Source of the DNA: Promethearchaeota archaeon
Lineage (GTDB): Archaea > Asgardarchaeota > Lokiarchaeia > Sigyniarchaeales > Promethearchaeaceae
Reading direction: 5' to 3'
Assembly: GCA_016933055.1 (NCBI GenBank)
Contig: JAFGBS010000001.1
Coordinates: 150,001-182,000 of the forward strand
DNA length: 32,000 nt
The translations under genes and the position numbers were made by a program. Below are positions 1-8,501 of this stretch, one piece after another. The notes beneath the pieces were generated by a model. The model had not been told where the DNA came from and did no database searches. It saw only the letters and a list, made by a program, of their open reading frames with translations. Numbering within the stretch: position 1 is the first letter of the stretch; every line of letters begins with the position of its first letter.

Positions 1-1
1 G

Positions 2-343
2 AGTGTTAAAGGAAAGGATAGAACAGAAACTAGTTTTTTTCTTCCCCAAATAGCAAAACGAATGGTTGATCTGATGCCTCGACTCAGCAATATAAAAGTT
101 CGTCGTCAGTGGAGAGGATTGTACCCGATGACTCCTGATGGAATTCCAATTGTTGGAACAGTAAAGAATATTGCTGGATATATAAATGCAGTAGGGATGT
201 GTGGTCAAGGTTTTATGTTAGGCCCTGGATTGGGGGAAGTTCTTTGCCGTTTGGTAGAAAAAAAAATTACATCCCAAGACAAGGAAATACTAAAAGAATT
301 CTCCCTTTATCGTGATTTTGGCAGTGAAGAGAAATTAAAATAA
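2..343 (+). CDS. FAD-dependent oxidoreductase, DAO family (sarcosine oxidase beta / proline dehydrogenase beta-like), 5'-truncated by the window edge
   Basis: The frame is open from base 2 (SVKGKDRTETSFFLPQIAKRMVD...). It carries the C-terminal DAO-family motifs QWRGLYPMTPDGIPIVG and AVGMCGQGFMLGPGLG. Confidence 0.8.
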   Translation, partial: SVKGKDRTETSFFLPQIAKRMVDLMPRLSNIKVRRQWRGLYPMTPDGIPIVGTVKNIAGYINAVGMCGQGFMLGPGLGEVLCRLVEKKITSQDKEILKEFSLYRDFGSEEKLK

Positions 344-361
344 AGAAAAAGCAAGAGAATT

Positions 362-1168
362 CTACGTTTTATTTCTTTTTATTTTCCAGTATATTATAAT
401 ATAAATAGAAAGTATTAGAAATAATATAACTCGTAAGATTTCTACTCGGGTGGACGGACCGAATAATTCTCCTGCTAGATTGTTGGAAAAATGTAGAATC
501 ATCGCAGATATCATGCTAAATTTAGTTTTCTGAAATACAAAAGTTATGATGAACGTAAATAAAAAAGCGGAGATCATGTATATATAAAAATTGGTTGTGA
601 AGATTCCTAAACCATTTTGATAGGTACCTGAAATTAAGAACAGAGGTATGTGCCAAAAAGACCAGAAAATACCAAGAATACTGGAAGATAACGTTGCGTT
701 TACATTGTCCAATAATTTGGGTAATGCATAAGCTCTCCATCCAAACTCCTCGATGAGAACTGTAATAAGTCCAAACCCGATTATTGAAAAAACCCCATAA
801 AAATCTTGCCCTAGATTAACTATATTCGAAAATTGAATGGAATACCCGAAAAACAAAATATCCAATAGAATTGCAGTGATAATTATCATAAATGGCCCAA
901 AAAGGCTGATGAAGAACCATAGGAACGATATTCGTTTCACGTCTGTAAATCTCAGCCAGTATTCAGCACGCTTTGTTTTATTCTCAAAAAATGAAAGAAT
1001 TATCCCGACACAAGAAGGTGCAATTCCTCCAAATGCATAAAGAACGAAGACATACCAAATTGAAAGTGGTTGGTTTATTATTATGGCAATAATCCAACAT
1101 AACCAGCTCCATACATATGTAAACACGAAAAATAAAACTAGATCTCTATAATTTTTCATTCTTATCAC
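362..1168 (-). CDS. CPBP family intramembrane metalloprotease (CAAX protease-like, Abi)
   Basis: Polytopic hydrophobic protein with EEFGWRAYALP (EExxxR), FWSFWHIP and HFSNN motifs. Start is GTG 1168 or ATG 1159. Confidence 0.9.
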   Translation of the reverse strand: MIRMKNYRDLVLFFVFTYVWSWLCWIIAIIINQPLSIWYVFVLYAFGGIAPSCVGIILSFFENKTKRAEYWLRFTDVKRISFLWFFISLFGPFMIIITAILLDILFFGYSIQFSNIVNLGQDFYGVFSIIGFGLITVLIEEFGWRAYALPKLLDNVNATLSSSILGIFWSFWHIPLFLISGTYQNGLGIFTTNFYIYMISAFLFTFIITFVFQKTKFSMISAMILHFSNNLAGELFGPSTRVEILRVILFLILSIYIIIYWKIKRNKT

Positions 1169-1201
1169 TAAATTTACCTATCTAATAGTTAAAAATCACA
1201 A

Positions 1202-1214
1202 TTTTATATATAAA
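1202..1214. promoter_or_regulatory. TATA-box-like element in the divergent promoter between the CPBP protease and OTC genes
   Basis: TTTTATATATAAA reads as a TATA box on either strand, about 35 nt upstream of the minus-strand start. Confidence 0.45.
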
Positions 1215-1305
1215 CAAGAACTCAACTTACTAAACGAAATTGCTTGTTTAGAAAATTTAATGTTTAATATTTACTATCATAATTGAAAGAAAAGAAAGTG
1301 ATTAT

Positions 1306-2238
1306 ATGGTTAGACATCTCACTAAAATTTCTGATTTTACGAAAAAAGAATGTGATTTTATCATCCACAAGGCAATCGAGATGAAAAAAACACCCGAAAA
1401 ATTCTATGCTACTTTGCAACATAAAACTATGTTAATGATTTTCGAAAAACCCTCCTTACGAACTCGAGTCTCCTTTGAGACTGGATTAAATCAATTAGGT
1501 GGGCATGCAATTTACTACTCTATTAAGGATTCCCCTCTTGGAAAGAAAGAAAATATTGCAGATACAGCCCGATGCGCCAGTAGATATGTGGATATCATTG
1601 GAGCTCGTGTTTTTAAAAGACAAGATGTATGGAATCTTGCACAGTATTCGGATGTTCCAGTGATCAATATGTTAGATGACTTCGCACACCCATGTCAGAT
1701 TTTGTGTGATTTCCAAACAATCTTGGAGAAAAAGGGACGATTAGAAAATCTTAAACTCTCCTATTTCGGGGATGCGTATAATAACGTAACTTATGATTTG
1801 ATGAGAATAGCAGCGATCTATGGTTTGGAAATGGATGTGGCATGCCCTACCGGAGGAGAATATTCTCCCGAACAAGGTGTATTGAATGAAATTGCGAAAT
1901 TATCTGAAAAATCTGATGCAAAAGTGCGAGTGGTGCACGATGCATTAGAAGCAGCAAAAGAATCGGATGTATTATATACTGATTCATGGATGAGTTACGG
2001 AATTCCGTTCGATCAAGAAGAAGCACGTAAGAAAGTGTTTATGCCATTTCAAGTCAACCAGAAAGTACTTTCTTCTGCTAAAACTGATGCCATCTTCATG
2101 AATTGTTTACCTGCAATGAGAGGTTATGAACAAACCGCAGAAGTTATTGACGGACCTCAATCCATTGTTTTTGATCAAGCAGAAAACCGGTTACATGCTC
2201 AGAAAGCCATCATTTTATTCCTACTAAACAAATTATAA
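1306..2238 (+). CDS. arcB: Ornithine carbamoyltransferase, probably catabolic
   Basis: Carbamoyl-phosphate motif SLRT (SxRT), HPCQ, YTDSWMSY (SMG-loop equivalent), NCLP (HCLP equivalent) and AENRLH. It lies next to carbamate kinase. Confidence 0.92.
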   Translation: MVRHLTKISDFTKKECDFIIHKAIEMKKTPEKFYATLQHKTMLMIFEKPSLRTRVSFETGLNQLGGHAIYYSIKDSPLGKKENIADTARCASRYVDIIGARVFKRQDVWNLAQYSDVPVINMLDDFAHPCQILCDFQTILEKKGRLENLKLSYFGDAYNNVTYDLMRIAAIYGLEMDVACPTGGEYSPEQGVLNEIAKLSEKSDAKVRVVHDALEAAKESDVLYTDSWMSYGIPFDQEEARKKVFMPFQVNQKVLSSAKTDAIFMNCLPAMRGYEQTAEVIDGPQSIVFDQAENRLHAQKAIILFLLNKL

Positions 2239-2264
2239 CCTTATTTTTTCTTTGGTTGAATATA

Positions 2265-2879
2265 ATGAAAATTCATGACATTTCAATTTTAATTAACGAA
2301 AACATGCTCCTTTATCCAGGTGACAAATCCATTGAAATTCGGCAGGTGAAAAATGTAGACTCCAATGATTGGAATCTAACAAATATTACTCTAAGTTCCC
2401 ATTTAGGAACTCATGTGGATTCACCCAAACATGTTCTGAAGGATGGAATTGGAATCGATCAATTAGGGATTGAGAAATTCACTGGTAATTCACAAGTTTT
2501 AGACTTGCGTTCAATTCCCTTTGGGGAGAAAATCACCCAAAAACATCTTAAACCATATCTAATACAAAAAAATGATATCATCTTATTCAAAACGAGAAAT
2601 TCTTCTATTTTGAATGAGGGATATAATCCAAATCATGTAGAATTGAGTTTGCTTGGAGCACAATATTTGGTAGATTTGAAAATAAAGGCTGTTGCAATTG
2701 ATTATTTGAGTATTGGAACGAAAGATGTCCATGAGATGTTGCTGAAAAGTAATATTCTAATATATGAAACTGTGAATTTATCGGATATCGAAGCGGGAAA
2801 TTATTTTTTCATGGGATTACCATTAAAAATTCCGACTGAAGGAAGTCCAGTCAGAGCAGTTTTAATTCAAAACGCATAA
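2265..2879 (+). CDS. Cyclase family metal-dependent hydrolase (KynB/arylformamidase-like)
   Basis: HLGTHVDSPKH (HxGTHxD) and C-terminal PLKIPTEGSPVRAV. ATG 2265 is preferred over TTG 2256. Confidence 0.88.
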   Translation: MKIHDISILINENMLLYPGDKSIEIRQVKNVDSNDWNLTNITLSSHLGTHVDSPKHVLKDGIGIDQLGIEKFTGNSQVLDLRSIPFGEKITQKHLKPYLIQKNDIILFKTRNSSILNEGYNPNHVELSLLGAQYLVDLKIKAVAIDYLSIGTKDVHEMLLKSNILIYETVNLSDIEAGNYFFMGLPLKIPTEGSPVRAVLIQNA

Positions 2880-2974
2880 TAGCATTTTGTTCGGAAAATA
2901 TAGAGGAAAAGATAACTTTTAAAACCAAATTTTCTCTAATAATATTTTCACTTTTTATATATTTTCGGAGTACT

Positions 2975-3940
2975 GTGATGAAAACTATCGTTATTGCATT
3001 AGGTGGCAATGCTCTCATTAAAAGAGGACAAAAAGGTACTGCAGATGAACAATTTCGTAACTTACAAGTCCCCATAAAACAAATTGCGAGGATGTCTACT
3101 GAATATAACATCATTATTACGCATGGAAATGGTCCGCAGGTTGGAAATTTACTAATTCAGCAAGAAACATGCGAATCAGATAAAATTGCAGAAATGCCCT
3201 TGGAAGTGTTAGTAGCACTAACACAAGGCCAAATTGGATTTATGATCGAAAGCACATTGGATAATGAGCTAATGAAGCTTGAGAACGAGAAATTACCTCC
3301 CGAAGAAAGAAAACTTTTTCTCACCGTTTTGACTTATGTTAAGGTCAGTCAAAGTGATCCAGCTTTTAAGAATCCCACAAAACCTATTGGTCCCGCATAT
3401 GATGAACCTAAAGACGGGTATGTACAGACTGCAAAAGGATGGCGAAGAGTAGTCCCTTCCCCAAAACCTTTGAAGATTTATCAATATCGCGAAATTAAGA
3501 AATTATTGGAAATGAATTTTATAGTTATCGCTTGTGGGGGCGGGGGGATCCCTGTTGTAAAGGAAAAAGTATTTGATATTGATCGGGATTTACAACTCGG
3601 AGAACGTTTGACCGGTGTTGAAGCAGTGATTGACAAAGATCTTGCTAGCGCTAAATTAGGAGAACAAATAGATGCAGATATTCTTTTAATTGCTACAGAT
3701 GAGGAGAAAGTTGCAATTAATTACAAACAACCAAATCAGCGATTTTTAGATAAAATTCCCATTGCTAAAGCCAAGGAATATATGAAACAAGGGCATTTTC
3801 CCGCGGGTTCAATGGGACCGAAAGTACAGGCAGCCATTAATTTTTTGGAAGCGGGTGGAGAGAGGGTTATTATTACTTCGATTGAAAAAATTGAAGACGC
3901 ATTAAATGGTAAAGCAGGGACTGAATTCTATTTGAACTAG
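2975..3940 (+). CDS. arcC: Carbamate kinase
   Basis: IALGGNAL, THGNGPQVG, KPIGP, GGGGIPV, AVIDKDLAS and GSMGPKV motifs. Start is GTG 2975 or ATG 2978. Confidence 0.96.
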   Translation: MMKTIVIALGGNALIKRGQKGTADEQFRNLQVPIKQIARMSTEYNIIITHGNGPQVGNLLIQQETCESDKIAEMPLEVLVALTQGQIGFMIESTLDNELMKLENEKLPPEERKLFLTVLTYVKVSQSDPAFKNPTKPIGPAYDEPKDGYVQTAKGWRRVVPSPKPLKIYQYREIKKLLEMNFIVIACGGGGIPVVKEKVFDIDRDLQLGERLTGVEAVIDKDLASAKLGEQIDADILLIATDEEKVAINYKQPNQRFLDKIPIAKAKEYMKQGHFPAGSMGPKVQAAINFLEAGGERVIITSIEKIEDALNGKAGTEFYLN

Positions 3941-3952
3941 CATTCTAATTTT

Positions 3953-5215
3953 CTACGTATCTTGCGCAACCAAGACTTTTTTAATGATCTTTAGTGCCCA
4001 GTCGATTTCATCCTTAGTGATCACTAATGGGGGTGCAAAACGTATGATGGTAGAATGTGTATCCTTAGCGAGTATACCATTGTGCATAAGGTCTTCTACT
4101 AGGAATCTGATATTCCCCTCGAATTCAATAGCGATTAAAAGTCCTTTTCCCCTTATTTCTTTGACTGGTATTCTTGTTTTATTCTCGGCAATAGCTTTAA
4201 GTCCATCGATGAAATATTTTCCTAACTCTTTAGCTCTTTTAGCTAAATTTCCTCCGATCATTACCTCTAGAGCCTTCATACCAACCGCTGCACCAAGAGG
4301 ATTTCCCCCAAAGGTGCTTCCGTGTGTTCCTGGGGGGATAACGTCGGGACCTATTATTTCACGAGTAGTAACCACTGCAGAAACTGGATATACTCCTCCA
4401 CCGAGTGCCTTACCTAATAAAAACATATCTGGTTTGACATTCTCATGATCAACAGCAAATAATTCTCCAGTTCTACATAATCCTGTTTGGATCTCATCCA
4501 CTATCATTAACATATTATATTTTGAGCAGATGGACCTCACGTTCTTAAGGTATCCTATCGGAGGTATTTTTACTCCCGCTTCCCCTTGGATAGGTTCTAA
4601 TAAAAATGCCACAACATATTGGGGACCGATCTTCTGAATTTCTTTCTCTAATGCCGAAACATCCCCATAAGGAATGATAGAAAACCCTGGAGTAAAAGGT
4701 CCGAAATTTTCATCATGTCGGGTTATGGGATCTGAACTGATACCACAAATCGTGATAGTTCTCCCATGAAAGTTATCCGAACATGCAATTATATGAGCTT
4801 TCTCTTTGGGGATTTGTTTTTTAATGTATCCCCATGCACGTGCCACCTTTAAACCAGTTTCAACTGCTTCAGCACCTGTATTCATAGGTAAAGCCATTAC
4901 TTTGCTTCCATTCAATGTTAAATGGGGTTCTACTAACTCACATACTTGTTTTAAGAACGGTCCCATCACATCATTGTGAAAAGCGCGGGAAGTCAGCGTT
5001 ACCTTATCCAATTGATCTTTCATTGCTTGAATAATTTCCGGATGCAAATGACCAGTATTTTGACTGGAATATGCACTTAAACAATCGAGATACTTTTTTC
5101 CTTCGGGATCAAAAACCCATACCCCTTTTGCACGGGATATTACAACAGGAATCGGATGATAATTATGTGCCCCGTATTCGTGATCCATCTTAATATAATC
5201 TTTCGAGTTCCGCAT
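3953..5215 (-). CDS. rocD: Ornithine--oxo-acid aminotransferase (class III PLP enzyme)
   Basis: YGAHNYHPIPVV, LSAYS, MNTGAEAVETGLKVARAWGY, FHGRT, DEIQTG, PLP lysine in LGKALGGG, and HGSTFGGNPL. Confidence 0.93.
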   Translation of the reverse strand: MRNSKDYIKMDHEYGAHNYHPIPVVISRAKGVWVFDPEGKKYLDCLSAYSSQNTGHLHPEIIQAMKDQLDKVTLTSRAFHNDVMGPFLKQVCELVEPHLTLNGSKVMALPMNTGAEAVETGLKVARAWGYIKKQIPKEKAHIIACSDNFHGRTITICGISSDPITRHDENFGPFTPGFSIIPYGDVSALEKEIQKIGPQYVVAFLLEPIQGEAGVKIPPIGYLKNVRSICSKYNMLMIVDEIQTGLCRTGELFAVDHENVKPDMFLLGKALGGGVYPVSAVVTTREIIGPDVIPPGTHGSTFGGNPLGAAVGMKALEVMIGGNLAKRAKELGKYFIDGLKAIAENKTRIPVKEIRGKGLLIAIEFEGNIRFLVEDLMHNGILAKDTHSTIIRFAPPLVITKDEIDWALKIIKKVLVAQDT

Positions 5216-5335
5216 TTTTCGTTGATCATGTGAAGAGAGAGACGGTCCTCATAAAAACCATTTCTCACTCAAAGCAAAAAAATTGAAAATAACTCAAAAC
5301 TTAAGTTATCCAAAATCTACACTTATACGATAATA

Positions 5336-6412
5336 ATGGTGCAGAGAGATGCTGGATCCATAACAATGGAAGAAATATGGCAGATTCCTGAAATGCTTCA
5401 AAGGGTACTAAAACCTAAAAATCAGATCTGCGATTTAGTCGATAAAATTCTTGAAAATGAGATTAAATCCATTCATCTTGTCGGAGATGGAACTTCCTAT
5501 CACGCTGGATTTCTAGGCTCTTATTTGTTCAATCAATTATGCAAGATTAAGTCATTTGCAGAAGTATCCCCTGAATTTCCTTACTTAGTGGGTTCGATAC
5601 TAAACAAGGAAGATCTCGTAATTGGGATTAGCCAGAGTGGTGAGAGCGAAATGACGGTAGAATCACTAAAGGTCGCAAGATCTATGGGGTGTCTCACTGC
5701 AACAATTTCCAATTATACAGATAGCAGTTTAGCTAAATTATCCGATAATGTACTGGAACTGAAATGTACAAAAGAGAAAAGTGTTCTCGCGACCAAAACC
5801 TATGTAAACACTTTGGGGGTTTTAAGTAGGTTAGCACTAGAGTTAGCGTATATGAATAAAAAAATAAATGAGGATATATATTCTACTACTCTGCAAGAAT
5901 TAAAGGCAATTCCAGATATAATCAAGAATTCTCTGCAACATTTTCGAAAGCAAGTTCGTCACTTTGCCCCCTATTTTAAATTTGCTCCCATATGTTTTGT
6001 ACTAGGATCTGGACCAGATTACGGTTCTGCTCTAGAAATATCGCTAAAATTAATCGAAGGTGCAAGAATCTTTTCCCAAGCTTATTCAACAGCAGAATTT
6101 CCCCATGGCCCCATTACTCTTGCAGATCAATCCTCTTGGATCCTTGCGATTATCCCTGGGGGGGGAGATCGTCGTAAATCCATTTTAAAATTACTTGATA
6201 AAGTCAAGGATCGCGGAGCTACTCTCATGAGTCTTTACACAACAGAAATTATGGATAATGTAGATTTTGGTATTCATATTCCCCGTACAAATATGATGTT
6301 TCAACCGATGGTGTGTATAGTACCAGTCCAAATGTTGACCGTGGAAATTGCATTAGAGAAAGGGATTAATCCAGATAAACCCAAGTGGCTATCAAAAGTC
6401 TCAAGTGTCTAG
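5336..6412 (+). CDS. Stand-alone double-SIS sugar-phosphate isomerase/deaminase (GlmS isomerase-domain-like, no glutaminase domain)
   Basis: GTSYHAG, ISQSGES, ATKTY, LKLIE, EFPHGP and C-terminal GINPDKPKWLSKV. At 358 aa it has no N-terminal Ntn glutaminase. Confidence 0.88.
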   Translation: MVQRDAGSITMEEIWQIPEMLQRVLKPKNQICDLVDKILENEIKSIHLVGDGTSYHAGFLGSYLFNQLCKIKSFAEVSPEFPYLVGSILNKEDLVIGISQSGESEMTVESLKVARSMGCLTATISNYTDSSLAKLSDNVLELKCTKEKSVLATKTYVNTLGVLSRLALELAYMNKKINEDIYSTTLQELKAIPDIIKNSLQHFRKQVRHFAPYFKFAPICFVLGSGPDYGSALEISLKLIEGARIFSQAYSTAEFPHGPITLADQSSWILAIIPGGGDRRKSILKLLDKVKDRGATLMSLYTTEIMDNVDFGIHIPRTNMMFQPMVCIVPVQMLTVEIALEKGINPDKPKWLSKVSSV

Positions 6413-6428
6413 AATTATTAAAAAATGG

Positions 6429-7130
6429 TTACTTTGGAGTAGCTTGCAGTAACCAACCCGCGCAAAACATATCAATTTGATACTTTTTTCCTTGAAACAT
6501 CATGTTATCAAACTGATGCCAATATTTCTTAAGCATAGGCATGTCCGACATCGGAACCGGCTTAAAACCTACCGGCCAATAATCACTTACCTGCAATCCA
6601 TTCTTCTCACAAGTTTCTACCAACTGTTCTATTGTGAGTAGTCTTCGATGACCTTGACGTATATCATGAATATCAGGGGTTTGGGGGTTCTCTATAAATC
6701 CATTACATGCTCCCATTATTCGATTTAAACTCCAAGGGTTGGGGATGGATATAAATAGATTTCCTCTCTTCTTAAGAAAACTTCTAGCTAATTTTAAATG
6801 TGTGTTTTCATCTAATGCTTCTTCTATCGTTCCGAATAGCAAAACCACATCGAATTTTTTCTCAGTTTGAAAATCTTCCAATGTACTGATATGATATTCA
6901 AAATTCTCTCCCTTAAGTGGCTCTTTCAAGTCTTTATCAATTCCTACGTATTTTTGCATTATTCGACCCACTCTTCGGTAAACGGTTTCCGTTTCCCCAC
7001 ATCCCACATCCAGAACAGTAGCATCAATTAAAAATTTATAAATAATTTTGATTTTTAAATCTGCGATATGCTTATCGTATGCGTTTTCATAGGTGATTCG
7101 TTCTTTTTGAATATCTTCTGATTTCTCCAT
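6429..7130 (-). CDS. Class I SAM-dependent methyltransferase
   Basis: Motif I VLDVGCG, VGIDKD, FDVVLLFGTIE, LFISIPN and GHRR. Confidence 0.88.
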   Translation of the reverse strand: MEKSEDIQKERITYENAYDKHIADLKIKIIYKFLIDATVLDVGCGETETVYRRVGRIMQKYVGIDKDLKEPLKGENFEYHISTLEDFQTEKKFDVVLLFGTIEEALDENTHLKLARSFLKKRGNLFISIPNPWSLNRIMGACNGFIENPQTPDIHDIRQGHRRLLTIEQLVETCEKNGLQVSDYWPVGFKPVPMSDMPMLKKYWHQFDNMMFQGKKYQIDMFCAGWLLQATPK

Positions 7131-7219
7131 GTTTTAATCCCTGTTGATGATTGGTCATACATTTTTAATGTAAACTATAAATCATAAAGGTTTTTGGTAA
7201 TGCGGAGACTTCATACACT

Positions 7220-8038
7220 ATGAGTTCAAGAGTGCGCGATTTTCCCAGTGCTCGGGATCTAATGACTCGTTTTGTATTAATGTTGCCTTCTACTGCGAAT
7301 TTTGGGGACCTAATTGAATTAATGTATAAAAATAGGGTTTCTGCAGTGGTTATTAACGATCCCGAAACCCAGAACTATTTTATAGTCTCGCACACCGATG
7401 TAATTGAATTTCTCCAATACTCCAAATCTCAACGCAATGATATATACAATATACCTCTTAAATTCATCATGAAATCTCCAGTTGAGATTATTGATCAGAA
7501 TATAAGCATCGATAAAGCTATTCATATGATGAACGAACGAGGATTTAAACGTTTGGTTCTTGGGAAGAACGGAATCCCGACCGGAATTATAAGCACACGC
7601 GATATTCTGATGTGGAATAACAAATTTTTTCGTCCTGGAAAACCCGTTATGCTATTAGTACTGGACAATGACACGAGTATTCTTCTCGCTAAACATATCT
7701 TTAAAGAAAATATAACGCGTGGAATTAATCAAAGCTTAGTAGAGATTTTCGGAGGGGCAATTGCTTCCATAAATTCGATCACAAATGAGGTCATCAATAC
7801 AGATGGTAAGATACGAATTCTTCAAAAAGACAATTTTACAGTGTTATTCGAACCTCGGGATAAAATTACAGCTTTATTAGTAACGACAAATAGTAATATT
7901 GAGTTACGTCGTCGACTTTTTGCTTTCGTGGAAGCGATATCTGAAAAATACCGATCCTTATTTGAATCTACCGAATATAAAAATCATGCTAAGGAAGAAA
8001 TTGATATATTAGAATGGATTCATCTATTTAATGGGTAA
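7220..8038 (+). CDS. CBS-pair protein with C-terminal longin-like domain
   Basis: aa ~11-133 form two CBS repeats (ARDLMT...IVSHTDVI; KFIMKSPV...GIISTRDIL). aa ~141-270 show the longin-like beta-beta-alpha-beta-beta-beta-alpha pattern (MLLVLD...ILLAKH...IFGGAIASINSITNE...FTVLFE...TALLV...LRRRLFAFVEAISEKY). Confidence 0.75.
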   Translation: MSSRVRDFPSARDLMTRFVLMLPSTANFGDLIELMYKNRVSAVVINDPETQNYFIVSHTDVIEFLQYSKSQRNDIYNIPLKFIMKSPVEIIDQNISIDKAIHMMNERGFKRLVLGKNGIPTGIISTRDILMWNNKFFRPGKPVMLLVLDNDTSILLAKHIFKENITRGINQSLVEIFGGAIASINSITNEVINTDGKIRILQKDNFTVLFEPRDKITALLVTTNSNIELRRRLFAFVEAISEKYRSLFESTEYKNHAKEEIDILEWIHLFNG

Positions 8039-8049
8039 ATAAAATTTTA

Positions 8050-8433
8050 TTGGACAGTATTTTATTTTCATTTATGGATCTTCTTCATTTAACAGTGTAT
8101 TGCCAGTATCAAAACAACCCAATTAGCAACAATATAAAATTCTTCCTCCGTCCAATCCTGCCTGATGAAATTAAGGGTGTTAAATTGGTTTACCGTTCAT
8201 CAGAAGATTCTAATTTTAAAACCCTCAAAATGAACACTCAAACCGATTCCATTCCCAGTTATCACATTACTATTTACGAGGCTCCAGCGGGGATGAGGGT
8301 TGAATTTTTCTTCTTAGTGACTTTATTAGACAACACGGAAAAAATCCTCAAACACCAAGGAACCAATATTGAATATACTATTTTGAAATCCCATACAACT
8401 ACATTACGAATGGATTTAATTCCACAGAATTAA
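8050..8433 (+). CDS. Small cytoplasmic hypothetical protein, probable beta-sandwich (E-set/carbohydrate-binding-module-like)
   Basis: 127-aa ORF starting 11 nt after the CBS gene. Alternating beta-strand pattern VKLVYR...MN...YHITI...G.RVEFFF. No signal peptide. Confidence 0.6.
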   Translation: MDSILFSFMDLLHLTVYCQYQNNPISNNIKFFLRPILPDEIKGVKLVYRSSEDSNFKTLKMNTQTDSIPSYHITIYEAPAGMRVEFFFLVTLLDNTEKILKHQGTNIEYTILKSHTTTLRMDLIPQN

Positions 8434-8501
8434 TTCACCACCTACTCAAATTTATCAATAGTTGTAACATAAGGGTTCCTATAGTAATTAGGAGAATCAA
8501 T

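Noticed and set aside
3984-4448. 154-aa plus-strand ORF
   Set aside because: It is the antisense shadow of the well-supported rocD and has no motifs.
6158-6165. G8 homopolymer in the SIS gene
   Set aside because: It is in frame (Pro-Gly-Gly-Gly), mid-gene, and the ORF is intact, so there is no sign of phase variation.
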